From: Dicyema japonicum
Lineage: Eukaryota; Animalia; Dicyemida
Assembly (NCBI GenBank): GCA_011109175.1
Contig: RDEW01000005.1
Location: 1,856,657 to 1,920,656, forward strand
DNA: 64,000 bases
Reading direction: 5' to 3'
The notes below the pieces were generated by a model. The model was not told the DNA's origin, did no database searches, and saw only the letters and a program-made list of their open reading frames with translations. The translations under genes and the position numbers were made by a program. Of this stretch, positions 1-12,104 are shown piece after piece. Within the stretch, counting starts at the first letter, position 1. Each line of letters opens with the position of its first letter.

Positions 1-1011
1 AGGTCGAACAGATTCAGCATGACTATGATTTTGATTTGAGTAAACTTTCATCCGTATCTACTGATGTCGCTGCGATTTTAGTTTTTTAAACACAATGTTG
101 TTGCTGCCAAGTTGCAACTAAAATTGGGTTCATCATTTTCACATTTTCAATGCATTATTGATCAACAAAATTTGTGTTCAAAACTAAAATTTAATTACGT
201 GTTTACTGAGGTCATAAAAAGTGAACTTTATAAAATGCATTGTTCTCCACCATCGGCAATTCAATCAGCTGCTAGAAGACGTGGATAACAGTTCACGGAT
301 TTCCATTCTACACAAAAGTCCGTGGTTATCTGGTCTCAACGATTCTATTGCTGAGACCAGAAATTGATTAATTTGTGGGGATACCTGGCTTATATTCATA
401 CCTTCCTGAAAAGTTTACAAACTTCAGAATGTTTTCATGAGGATTATGGCGATATTTGGTTCCACCTATTTTATCAACAGTTGTTTTCCTTCATGAAATC
501 AACAGAATCTTCTCAGAAAACACGGTTGACTGATGTACACAGTTAAGTAACCAAGTCCTCATTTTGAGAGTCATTAAGAGAGCTGCTGTCATCGCTGTAC
601 ATCGAGCATTCCGTGTTAGTGGCTATATCCTCTACGAAATTTAAATTTATAAAAACGTGGATCTTCGTTAATTCTACGGAGACACATTTTTAAAGTTTTT
701 CTTCAAGAATTCTCACATTTTTATTAGTTGTGAATGAAAAATGATTTGGTCTATATTTACCTAAACGTCCGCCCATTGCTGTATTCGGAGTCTCAAAATC
801 TGCTCAGTAATTTCTATAAAGCAAGGTTGAAAGAAATGGGGAAAGCTGTTTTAGTGGTATATTTTCCTTTTTAAATCTTTCTTTTCTGAATTCATAATGT
901 CCTAAGATCTGATTCTTCTTAAACCACTCTCAATTATTGACATTTTATAAAAATGTTCATCTAACAGTTTTTTATGTCTTTCTTCTCTTTCAAAGTCATA
1001 TGTTCACTCAT
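1..1011 (-). CDS. Possible multi-exon host gene of unknown function (3' partial)
   Basis: ATG at 1011 just inside an AT-rich island (1020-1150). It opens MSEHMTLKREERHKKLLDEHFIKMSIIE and has candidate 22-26 nt GT-AG introns. I could not assemble the full frame or recognise a homolog. Confidence 0.25.
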
Positions 1012-1627
1012 TTTGATAACTTTTGTTTGTACGGTAAATTTACTTTAAATGGAAATATTTATACAAATTAAGCCAATTTCCTAAATAAACACATTTAATC
1101 AATTAATTTAATTTTAATATCAAAATTTTAAAATTAAAAACTATTTTAGCAAATAACCTGGTCGTGGATAAATTCCCCAACTTCTTTCCCTTGCTTTATA
1201 GTGATTAAGGGATGGGCTCCAAGCTACCGTTCCTAAATTTCTTCAATCAGGTGTAGTGACATTGAACCTATCTCTGAAAATAATAAATAATTAAATTAGC
1301 ATGCTGGGATAAGTCTCGTACAAATTCCGTAACCCAGGAGACTGCAGTAAAGTTGATTTGACCAGAACACAAGATCCAATCTATTGAAAATCTTCTTAAA
1401 TTCTTAAAGGCGGGCAGTCTACCGATCTGCCCCCTGTTTCATATACTATCGAAAAATCTACAAACATGTAAAAAGTTTAGCCGGTGTCATGTCTAATGAG
1501 TAGAGTTGTACACGATTCTCGACCCCTCTGTACTCGTCCTCTCCATTGTCGGTCAGGAATCACTTAGTTAGTTGAGAACTGTTTTTTGCCTATCAAAACG
1601 TCCTTTGTTAACAAAACCACAGATTAT

Positions 1628-1900
1628 GTCGGACCGCCCTTAATTCTTCAAACCGATAACGGCAAAGATTTTTCAATGCCCATATGAAAAAATTATGCCA
1701 AAGGTTCTCTATAAAGTGTTTAAGAGGCAAACAGGACTCCCTGGATACAAGGTCAAGTCGAACGGTATTATTTCATCTTTAAATGATGATTCAACCAAAG
1801 TATAAAACGGTGGATTTGTCAGTTAGTTTATCTAACGGAAATTTTGTGTTTTACCTGTCTTTTATAAAAGACATCGTATTTTGCTACAATAATACATCTG
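1628..1900 (+). mobile_element. Decayed rve/DDE integrase fragment (Ginger/KRBA2-like or LTR-type)
   Basis: Translates VGPPLILQTDNGKDFS (integrase second-Asp motif) and, about 100 nt later, PWIQGQVER (PxxxGxVER motif). Interrupted by stops and frameshifts. Confidence 0.65.
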
Positions 1901-2324
1901 GACACTTCACTAAATCCTCTTTCATCTAGATATGTTGAAGGAAATGCTATCATTAGTGTTTCGATTTCATTCCACAGTTGATGATATTTTTTCTTTTTGT
2001 AACCCAGAATTGTTGATATCCATATTTGCTAAATATGTCTTGAGCTTCAAAGTCATATTTCTGATTTAATTAGTTTTCTGTTATTTCTTGAAATATATTA
2101 ACTATTTTAATTTCAATTGGATTAAAATACCAATTGAAAATTTAAATTTTCTAAATATTTAAAGCGAATTTTCATGTCTCTTAACTTTTTTACATTCACA
2201 GTCCGAATCCGTTAATTTTTCAACCTAATAAAAATTATTACGAAAAATAAACTCTAAATTTTCGTAGACTTGGAAAATTAAAAAATAATCTTTTTTAAAT
2301 TAAATTTGAGTCTCGAAATCACTG

Positions 2325-2560
2325 ATTTGAGATGGAGGCTCTTCGGACATATACTGAGATTGAAAACATACCCCAGCTGATATAGCGATAGAGGAGTAAT
2401 TCGTTGAGCCTGGGTCACGTTTCTGTGGACGTCACACTTCCTGGGATACTTGATACTGATCTAAAGTACGTCAAAAGAAAAATGAAACGTGGAGAACATT
2501 CGAACGACTTGAAGGATGTCGCTCACGAGACAGAGGGATCTCATGCCCCCAAAATTTTTT
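2325..2560 (+). mobile_element. RTE-clade LINE 3' fragment
   Basis: RWRLFGHILRL matches the same motif in the RTE copy at 12297-12605. Confidence 0.6.
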
Positions 2561-2642
2561 TTATGTAGATACAATTTAAACTTTATGGAAGTAATTTTCG
2601 TACACAAATATTGAAATTTTATAGAACAATAAAGAAATAAAA

Positions 2643-5600
2643 TCATAAACAGTAAATTCTAGTCAACAAACTAGTTGTATCGCTGACGAGCATACTAATG
2701 ATCTGATCGACAAGTCCCTCCTTCGTTAGAGCATCACTCTCGTCATAATCATTCCACAATTTTGCCTCGCCAGCTAATTGAGATATCAAAATCTGGTCAA
2801 TCTCGTCAACTTTTCTTGATATTTTTAAGTTTGGGACAAAAATCTCCCCAAACAAAATCTCCATAACCTCGCATTCCACAAAATCACAGAAATCCTCCAC
2901 TTTTGATACTTGACGTCGCTCTCTAGAACTCCGTCGTTCTTGAAGAACCCGTTTTCGCGGAAGCCACGACCAGGTTAGTCCACGTGACACTTTCACACTT
3001 TCAAAAAGTTCAGTGATAATAGACATAATCTAAATAACAGTAAGACAGTACAATATCGTCTATCAAATGCTCATTTTCCGTCTCCCATGTGATTGGAGGG
3101 GTCATATCAGAAGGACCGTCAGCTCCAAATGAAACAAGAATCGGCCAGAAATGCCTTGAAAATGTCAGACAGCGTTTCAAAGCTAAATCTTTTACAATAT
3201 CCCTCTCTTCCGATGCAGAAATATGTGGGGGCAACTCTTCGATTTTATAATTTGTTGGACCTTCCTCTGTCTCAGTCAATTCAACACATATTTTATCAAC
3301 ACTCATAGCAAAATCATCTTCCACTGGGACAGTTTCACAGACCAGAGTACTACCACTCGTGTCCTTGATCCCTTCAATTACTACTTCATCCATCTCATAA
3401 TCCTTGGTCTCCTGACTAGTTGAATGAAGGGAGTGAATTGATTCCACCTCATCACTATTTGAAGACAATTCACTCATAACAATATCGAGGGATGTTGGGG
3501 GTTCCTGCTTTTCATATATTGAAGGTTCTTGGATGACCATCAAGTCTTCTTTTTTATCAGAGAAGTCAAAATGAGGTACATCCTCATCATCTGAATCAAA
3601 CTTAGTTGAATAGGAGTCCGTCTTTGAGACGTCTTCTTGATTGACCTCAGAGAATTGGGAATTGTCTTTTTGAATTTTCTCTCCCCCGTCTTCTAGACCC
3701 AGGTCATATAACTACAATATAAGCGACAAATACTTCAATATTGTGTATAATATCACTCTCTCCCTTCAGGCCTTCAATATGCGAATGATTATTCTCCATT
3801 GAAAACTGATTTAGCTGTCTCTCATCCAAGTTAACACTCAGTTCGTTAACTTGAATGGACTTGGGAACAACTGTCCCACATTGCTCATCTGTGCCTCGTT
3901 GCTTAGTAAATTCAGGTAATGCTGACTTGTAAAAGTCATTTGTGGTTTGTTTAGGTAATCAGGCTGAACAACCTCAGAAAGGTCACTTGGGATTTGTTCG
4001 GTCAAATCAGAGCTTTTTTCATTAAGGCTGTGTTTAATATGTTGAATAATCTAACAAGTAAAAAAAATTACCAGATTGGGGTCATTATTTAATGACAGAT
4101 GCTTGAATGTGGACATTAAATGGGAATAATTGTATTTTTTGTTGATCATTTCCATTCTTTTGCTTAGTAAAGTCATTCCATAGTCAGTCAACATCCTTTT
4201 CTCTCTTGTCTACAATCTTAGCCCATCACATACCATTTGAGACTGCAGCTTTGTTATGAGAGACAAAATATCCTCTCTATCGGAATAATCGGAGTCCCTT
4301 TTTTGCTGCAACCAGTTGATAGTGACTTGATGGTAGTCTTCCTGTGCCTCATCTAGTTCTTTCACCACCTGTTCTATTCCTGACAGTCTGTCCCCACATG
4401 AAAGTTGCCGGGATTCCTTTTGATCAGCCTTTTGAAGACAATGATCAGCGGGAGGTCGAAGGGAACCCAATTGGATCAGAGATTTATCAATAGAGTCCAA
4501 ATGAGTCAGTTCAACGCTGAATTTGGCTGCCAGACTCGTAGGAGAGTACCGCAAGGACTCGGCTGTCGACTCTCTGACCTCAGTGTCTTCCATCGATGAC
4601 AGTAAATTTGTGTCTTCATCACATTTCGTTGAGTTATTAGTGGAGTATGTCTCTTCTCTGCCATAATCCACCCCTGTTAGACGACTATCATTAATTTGGT
4701 CTGGTATCTCCACGTGGCTGCTTGGTTTTTCTAAATATTCAAATTTGTCATTTAATGAATAATCTTGAATGTTTTTGACTGCAGTTTTGCTTCCGTTCCT
4801 GCGAGGAAAGGAGACTTTTAGTGGAATTCCCCCATTTTCTTTGTGATTAAATCTGGCGGAAACAATATCAATGATATTATAATTGTCTCTAAGTGACCCT
4901 GGGAGTGGAAGGGATCCATCAACCTTCCTATACTTGGAGGAATTCTAGGTTAATTCAGCATGATTACTTTCAGAGAGGGTTTCCTCGGGGTGTCGAATTT
5001 ATTTTGGAAACCATTTGCTACAATATTTGGTTTGTTAACTGATGGTTGCATGTGTTTTGATTGGTTTTGTGGGATTGTGTTTTGGCGGGAATTTTTGGAC
5101 AAATTTTTATTTAAAAGGGGCTGTATTTCACGCGAGGCCTTGGCAATCCGCTGCCGGATGAGATCGGCCTGTCTCATCAATTCAGACATTTTGTCGTTCG
5201 GTGCGCGCACATTGGGTTCGAATTCCTTCACATAATATCTGCCAGTCTCTTCGTCTTCACTTTCACTGCTTTCAGTCGTAGACAACTCCACATTTTCCTC
5301 TTTGAGGTTCAAAGCAGTACGAAAATAAGCTTCTTCCTTTTTCCCCAGCTTTCTTTTACTATCATTTCTCCCGTTTTCCAATTTGTTTGCTTTGGCCGCG
5401 TTTCTTAGCTGAACAGTATGCAAATCTTCTAGCCGCTTTTTGATCGCCGATTTTGCCTGATTCAGTAATCCATGAATACCTTAGCTTCCTCAGTTTTTTT
5501 AAGTTTCTGACTGTGCTGTCTCTGAACCCGTTTTCTATGCATGTATTCCACCACGTCTTTCACACTGTAGTTACGAGTCCTGCTTGCAGTCGTCTTGACG

Positions 5601-6404
5601 GTTTTAGGCGCCAAATTTCTTCGAATTAAATTTCCTGCAAACTTATTTTGTTTATTCTCATCAATAGACCATCGAGAAATTCGTTCCTCGCGATTTTCGG
5701 TAATTTGCTCATTTTTTGAAATTCCTGGCTCTACAGGAACCCTGGTCTCCCTAGGTTTTGATGACTTGTGTTTCTCGACAAGTTTTTTTCCCTCCCGCCA
5801 GGAGAAGGGAGTTATGTTGGGTTTAGTGTTATCTTGGGGCTCATTTTTCTTCGGTGGTCTCTCTTGGAAAATGGTATTGATTTCTCCCAATTTGCGGTGT
5901 GGTGGAAATTTGTTCGGACAAGGGACATCCTTAGGTGGATGTCGGCCACTGAGAGCCACCTTTCTAGCCGGGTGTGGAGAAACCGAGTTGCATTGTCGAC
6001 GAACACAGTCCCTGAGCTTTTCAAAACACATGTCAGCTTTCGGTGCCAGTTCTTCTGTGCTTTGAATTATTGTAGGAGTCTTTCTTAAGTCAGCAACCTC
6101 TTTGTCATAGTCGTCGTTAATACAACGGGACGGCAAAAACTTAAAGCTGCCACGTGAGGCGTCAAAGGAACTGCTTCTATGTGGAGATGGTTCCTATTTG
6201 TGTCATAAACTAATTACGTTGTAAAATGAGTCTATACTAGACTGCACGTGAGTTAAACTTCGATGCAAGTCCGCCAGCTTCCTTATATCAAATGAATGGT
6301 ACAATTTCGTCTGTTTTTTCTGATAAAATCTGTGGGGCGTTCTCATTAACCACTTTGTGTTTATTTTTTCCCGCCTTTCTTTTATTTCCTTCAGAGTCGA
6401 TCAT
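2643..6404 (-). CDS. CEP350: CEP350/CAP350-like centrosomal protein, multi-exon with micro-introns
   Basis: C-terminus VDEIDQILISQLAGEAKLWNDYDESDALTKEGLVDQIISMLVSDTTSLLTRI resembles the CEP350 C-terminal (DUF4378-type) block as recalled. Chained minus-strand ORFs run 2643-6136, with 24-25 nt introns near the 5' end and ATG at 6404. Confidence 0.7.
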
Positions 6405-6559
6405 TTTCTCTTAGTTTTAACTTGATCTATGGAAACATTAAATATATTTTAATAGATTAATAATTTTAATATAAAAAAATGAAATTTAAATATAGTGACA
6501 AGCAAGATTATCTCCAGTCAGAAAGGTCTCTCCCATACGTTTGAAGAGACCGAATATAC

Positions 6560-6830
6560 TTTCCGGAAAATCACAAGTGGAAGAATCGACGGGTTTAGGC
6601 CAGGTCATCTCAAGGCGTGATTTATGGAACCGCTAGTGAGGCTGAGTTTTTATTGTGTTGATAACTTAATCAACCGGATGATGAATGCAAACATAAACAA
6701 TTTTGAAAAGTTTATGCTCTTAAACGAACATTTACATTCACTAAACATACTGGACGTGAGGGTTTGTCCCATTCATTTTCAGACATGTTCAGACCTTTAA
6801 CGCCAAAGTATCGTGAAAACTTGTCTGTGC
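6560..6830 (+). mobile_element. CRE-clade retrotransposon fragment upstream of the RT core (decayed)
   Basis: GRIDGFRPGHLKA resembles the GxDGLRPxHLK motif of R2-group/CRE elements, followed by LINRMMNAN and a decayed RPIA-like segment. Confidence 0.45.
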
Positions 6831-7033
6831 TTGCCTTGAACCAGACATTTTCCAATTCAATGGACGATTGGTGTTCCTCGAGTCTGTGAAACGGTCATTC
6901 ATTCAGCCCGATTTTTCCTATTCTCGGTTGGAACGACGTCCGATTCGGGTTCACAGTAATGGTCAACTTAAGGAACACTAGAAGAGACCAAATGCCTGAG
7001 ACTTTTCTCAGAAGAGCCTCAGAGATCATTAAA

Positions 7034-8330
7034 TTAGTAAACCTTGCCTACGAGGCAAACAATTCTTAGATCTTTAAGGAATAAATAGTTAACTCTTCCA
7101 TAAAAGTACAACAAGGGGATCATCTTGGCCCACTTCCCTTCACGTCGATAGACGGTGTCATTCAGAGAATTACACCCCTCTAACTTATGGATATCCAACT
7201 TTGACGAAGAAACGATTTGTGGTATCTCCAAATTTTCAAGAAGGTGGTGGAGTGAACCCAGAATCATACAATAACATGAGGGGTAGCTCTCAATCACTTA
7301 TGAGTAATATTAATCTCCAATTAACATTTTACTTGTCATAAAAATTTATTGAGGATTTTAACAACCCTGGGTTCTGCAAAGCTTTTTAATTATATTAGAT
7401 GGATGGAACTACTCCTTTTCGGTGGATCAAATGATCATGTGGTTCACAGAAAATATACACGAAGCAAGGAAACAGATTATCACAATGTCTAAGTGCTTTG
7501 CTCTTCTAGACAATTCGATCAGAGAATTAAACTTCTGATTAAAGACGATGTTCCCAGTTCATTGAAGGATTTACCACAAATGAGAACCGTCCTTATATCC
7601 CTTATCATCACTAAAGCATACGATTTTTCCCCGAAAACTTTTTAGCCACCAGTCAAATAGAGAAGAGGCGCTGAACACCTTAACCACATGAAAAACTGGT
7701 CCTTGATGTCTCTATGACTTTTTACAACAAGAACACGGAATCCATCAAACATTTTCATCAACGATATGACTATCTCAGTCACCACCGCACCAAAAATCCT
7801 CCGAGTCACGTTCGACCAAGTACTCCCCTTCTGTAAACATGTGGAAAACCAGGCTACGGCAGCTATGAAGAACGGAAATTTAAATCATCTCAAGAACGTC
7901 CGGAGCAATGCTGAATGCTTCTTCACAAAATACCGCCGGATCAGCTCTTGGCTAGGCTATCGCTACATTGGCATTAGCTATCTCCCTCATTTTTTAGCAT
8001 CAGTTACCCGTCATTCAAGATGCTGTAAAAATCGTTGGAGCAAGATTCTAGTTCAATACATAAAATAACTAAGTAACCGTATATTTATCTAGTTTCAAAA
8101 AAATTGGTTAGATGACTTCATCAGATATTCAGGAAGTTCATCTTCTCAATCTGTATAACTGACAGGAAAACTGACTGCGGCCGTGGTATTAACCGTATGA
8201 ACAAACTTACAATAGAGGACACGGAGTGCTATGCCTAGTGTTCATATATAACACAACAATTATCCCCATTCACTTCAAAAGGAAAATTAAAAAATCGTTG
8301 AAGAGTAAGACTTTCTGCAAATAAACAAAC
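7034..8330. mobile_element. Highly decayed LINE fragments (APE-like on minus, RT-like on plus)
   Basis: Minus-strand YRREG...LLYF resembles an APE segment. Plus-strand KYRRIS resembles NYRPIS. Many stops. Confidence 0.3.
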
Positions 8331-8449
8331 ATTATTGGTATTGCCCACTTAAAGAAACACTGATATCAGCATTGTAATTTGGATAATGTTAACAATATCA
8401 GCTCAGGTGCACTACTTGAGAATTCTTTTAGGACAGAAAGGGAATTACA

Positions 8450-9460
8450 AATAGGGAATCTGGATAAGGAGAAAAAAGTCATTTCAATCCCTTTCCATTT
8501 TCTCGGATAAGGTCTTCAAGTGATGAGGGTATTAGTTTTTCAGTTTCCCGAGATTACTAATAGTAGTTGCTGTTAGGCCTGAATGTCCGGATTCTTTGTT
8601 TGTTCGTCCAGGGCAGATTGATTTCCCATGACGTACAGGCCATAGCTGACAGATGGTCAATGAATTGTTTTTATAACAATTTCAACGCTGGGAAAAGGGT
8701 TTAATGCACCGAAAATAGTTTTGATTTCCCTAGCTTCCTTGAGCGAGCTCCAGAGACGCCGTCGACGTGAGATGAAAAGGACATGTGTGTGTGAAAGGTG
8801 ATCCCCAAGATTTTCAGTTTCTTCGTGAAAGGTATTTTTGTCTGGTTGATATCCACTGTTGTCCATTAGTCGTTTGTCTTAGGTAAATAAGGACGAATAT
8901 GATTTTCAGTAGATATATCAAGCCGGTTATAATTTAGCCAATTTGATCTTGTGAAGGTATTCTGTAGTCTTTCTGATGCCTTTAGGAGATCTTGATTGCG
9001 GGATCCAACTAGTAGGTCATTTGATAGGAGGAAATCATCTTTATTATCGGGTTGTGGTAAATCGGACATGTATATATTAAATAAGGCGGGTAATAAAGGG
9101 GAACCTTGTGGGACACCAGTGAATAGTAATCTGAAACTGATTTGGCCCCATTCATGTATACCCGGGCCCTTTTTCCATTGATGAAGTTAGCCAGAGTTTT
9201 ATATTGGGGTTGATGGAGAGGCCAAACAACTTTCGGGTTATGATTTTCCTGGAGACAGAGTCGAAAGCTTTTGTAAATCGATCGAGAAAACGATAGTTTT
9301 GAGGTGGCGAGGATTTGTGTTAAAGCCTTCAAAAATAAATTTGTTGAGGACAGTGTGTTGTTATAAGTTGAATAACCCCTTCTGAATCCATGTTGTGAGG
9401 ATGAAAAAGGAAGGGACGAGGTTACAAAATTAAAAATCAATTTTCACAATAATTTTGATG
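8450..9460 (-). mobile_element. Decayed non-LTR retrotransposon RT (Jockey/CR1-like)
   Basis: SSQHGFRRGYST, a GVPQGSPLxPxLFNIYMSDLP segment and DDFLL are RT motifs, split across frames. Confidence 0.75.
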
Positions 9461-9938
9461 AGGCACATAGCAAAGAGATTGCTCGAAATGATACAGGATT
9501 ATCCTTCGGCTTCCAGACTTAAGGATTGGGACAGATTCCAGATATCTGGAATGGCATTCATGTTTATTGAATCGTTTAAAATCACTGGATTGCATCAATC
9601 GCAATAAGTCCAAGGCGTTTTAGTAAGATAACAGGGATAGAATAAGACCCACATGAGAGAGAGAAAAATTCATTCTCTTCAAACCCTCACTGACATTTGA
9701 ATGTGAAATAAAGTTTATCGGCTGGGTTCTCTTCGGTCTTATTGAGGATAAAGGAGGCCCATCCACTTTCCTGAAAGTTTTGTGGCTTATACTGGCTTAA
9801 CAAATAAGTTTGTTAAGACTGTGCTGATCCTTTTGAAGGTTTTATTCATTAAATGAATAAAATATTTATTTTTAAAATTTAGATTTTTTTAATTAAAAAA
9901 AATTTAGAAATAAATGTTACGCAATTTTATTTTTTCCG

Positions 9939-10287
9939 ATGGCTAATGTTTCCGAAGATCCTTATGAATTGATTGAGTGTCCCTATGACTCAACTCACAA
10001 AATCTCGCGAAAAAATCTAAGCAGGCATTTAGTAAGCTGCAAAAAAGTTATACTCACTATATAACTTATAGCGGTATCTCGAGAAAAAAAAGGTAGTTAA
10101 ATACTTCACCTGCCCATTCAATTCACAACACGTCATTCCAGTTGACCACAAAGAGGCCCACTTGGCTAGCTGTCCAGACTCCTTTAACTCCGCTGATTGT
10201 AATGATGTTCCTCATTTGTCAGACAGAGGTTTCTCTTATTGCAATAAAAGCAATAACTTGGACGATCGGCTAGGGGACGGCTGGTGA
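9939..10287 (+). CDS. GTSF1: Gametocyte-specific factor 1 (Asterix/Cue110), two CHHC zinc fingers
   Basis: ECPYDSTHKISRKNLSRHLVSC, then a 25-nt GT-AG intron, then TCPFNSQHVIPVDHKEAHLASCPD. These are two U11-48K-type CHHC fingers. The tail ends in W before TGA at 10285-10287. Confidence 0.8.
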
Positions 10288-10354
10288 TAATTTTTATCTT
10301 TTTTATGCTTTTCTGGATTTTTTGGTTATGCAAATTAAAAGGAAGAAAATAGAG

Positions 10355-11420
10355 CAACGGTTATATAGAAGCTACCCTGACTGCGTGGCTATTCCCTCTC
10401 AGAATAGCGAGCGAGATTCGCTCAAATAACGAGCAGCGCTTACGAGGGTCTCTTTTTCGAGTAGCAATCCGATTCCCTAGACGACTCAAGAATTCCAGCG
10501 TCGCAGGCGCAAGGGAACCAGACGTCTCAACGGCGAGTGGAACAAACAAAAAACCCTTAGACAGGAGCGCGTACTTTTCCCGTTTTATCTTCTCGGCCAT
10601 CTCAGCGGCAGAACAGGCTCCAGAGGTACTCTGGAGTTTGTTGCAAGAGGCAAATGTGTCGGTGCAGGTAGAGTCCCAGACAAGAGGTTTCCCGGCTTCA
10701 AAAGGGAAGATTGTCATCCCATCTGGTCGTTTCCCGTCCCGCCTGCAAAGACCGACCGATTCGAGCATGGAGGGGTGTCCGGCGGCGTCCAAAGCTCGCT
10801 TAACGACGTCGTTCGAGGCCATGTGGCTGGGAAATCTGCCTCACTCTTCCTGTAGGAAAGAGGGTATAGGCCAAAACAGTCGATCTTGTCTCCGCATCGG
10901 CACGGATGTGGAACACAGACTTTTAATACCAGTCGCAGTGAGATCTCAATACGGACGCATTCATCATCCAGGAAGGTACCCAGAACTCTATTGGGAATGG
11001 CGTTGAGCCAGGCACCGCTTTCGGAAGACGCCCCCGACAACAAACAGGCACGGCGATGTTGGCTAGATGACACTAGCAAATTTTTGAAAGAATTCCAGCA
11101 TATAGCATCGTCCAAGCCCCGCTGAGAGAACGAAAGCTGATAAGTTCGGCTCCAGGCCTCACGAGCATGGCCGGCGTCCTTGTCAATAGAGAATTCAGGT
11201 ATAAAGTGTAGAATCCTTTTGACATGGGAGTTACAGCCACTAACGATGATAGGTATGAAGGCTGAGAAAGGTCCACAGAGTTCCGAATTCCAAGTCCTCC
11301 GAGTCTCACTGGCAGCGTGGCTTGCTTCCATGAGTAATCCTCGAACCGGACGTTGAAGATACGTTCCGCTGTCGTACAGAAGATCTCGTTAATCTGTGCG
11401 AGTTGGTTAATTATAAGGAA
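10355..11420 (-). mobile_element. CRE-clade non-LTR retrotransposon, 5'-truncated (RT C-terminus, decayed zinc knuckle, restriction-like endonuclease)
   Basis: QATLPVRLGGLGIR, SGAWLNAIP, CRCG..D..G (knuckle His/Cys replaced by Tyr), DGKRPDG...LVWDSTC, FVPLAVETSG and ISLAILRGN. Both frameshifts lie in C or G runs. Confidence 0.8.
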
Positions 11421-12104
11421 AGTTATTGACATTTTTTCATTCCCTTTTACCATATTTATGTTCACGAAATCTCTGATAGCTTTCATGGGGTAATTATTAT
11501 TAACGCACTTCTACTATGTCGTGATGCAATGCACGTGCAACCCTAGAAACAAGCAAGTAAGGTTCTGGTAGGTTTCTTCTCACACTACCAGTCTTTCCAT
11601 GAAAGTTTCTTCCATGCAGCTCCAAGTACGGACTTTAGCACTCAGGTCACCCAAATAACCGCCACGTTTTCTAAAAATTAGGATTTTTAAGTTGAAGAGT
11701 TAGCAAAGTGGTCAATTTCTTGAATGTTATGAATGAGCTCCATGGCAAGAAATGTCCATTTAGCTTCAAAACGGATGAACGTCTTTTTCTTCCTTCATCT
11801 CATGTGCTTGTTCGAGGTAACGGACTCAAAAGACATTGGAAACATCAAGTTCTGAATAAATGAAGTGTAATATGGATGTAACACACATATTTGAATCTCG
11901 TCAGTTTATAATTGAAAGAACTTAGAGGGTCATCTGTCTGAACCTTCACGCATTAAGATTAAGAATCAATTGGTTCAATAATTTTGAGAAGGTCCATAGT
12001 AAAGAGATTGGTTGAAATGATACAGGATTGTCCTTAGACTTCCCAGGCTTAAGGATTGGCGTACATAGGACAATTTCCAGATTGGGCATATATGAAGCCA
12101 CGTT

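Noticed and set aside
5595-6088. Plus-strand ORFs overlapping CEP350 (and similar antisense ORFs over RTE, CRE, FBL and CSTF2)
   Set aside because: They are shadow frames of coding sequence on the opposite strand and have no motifs of their own.
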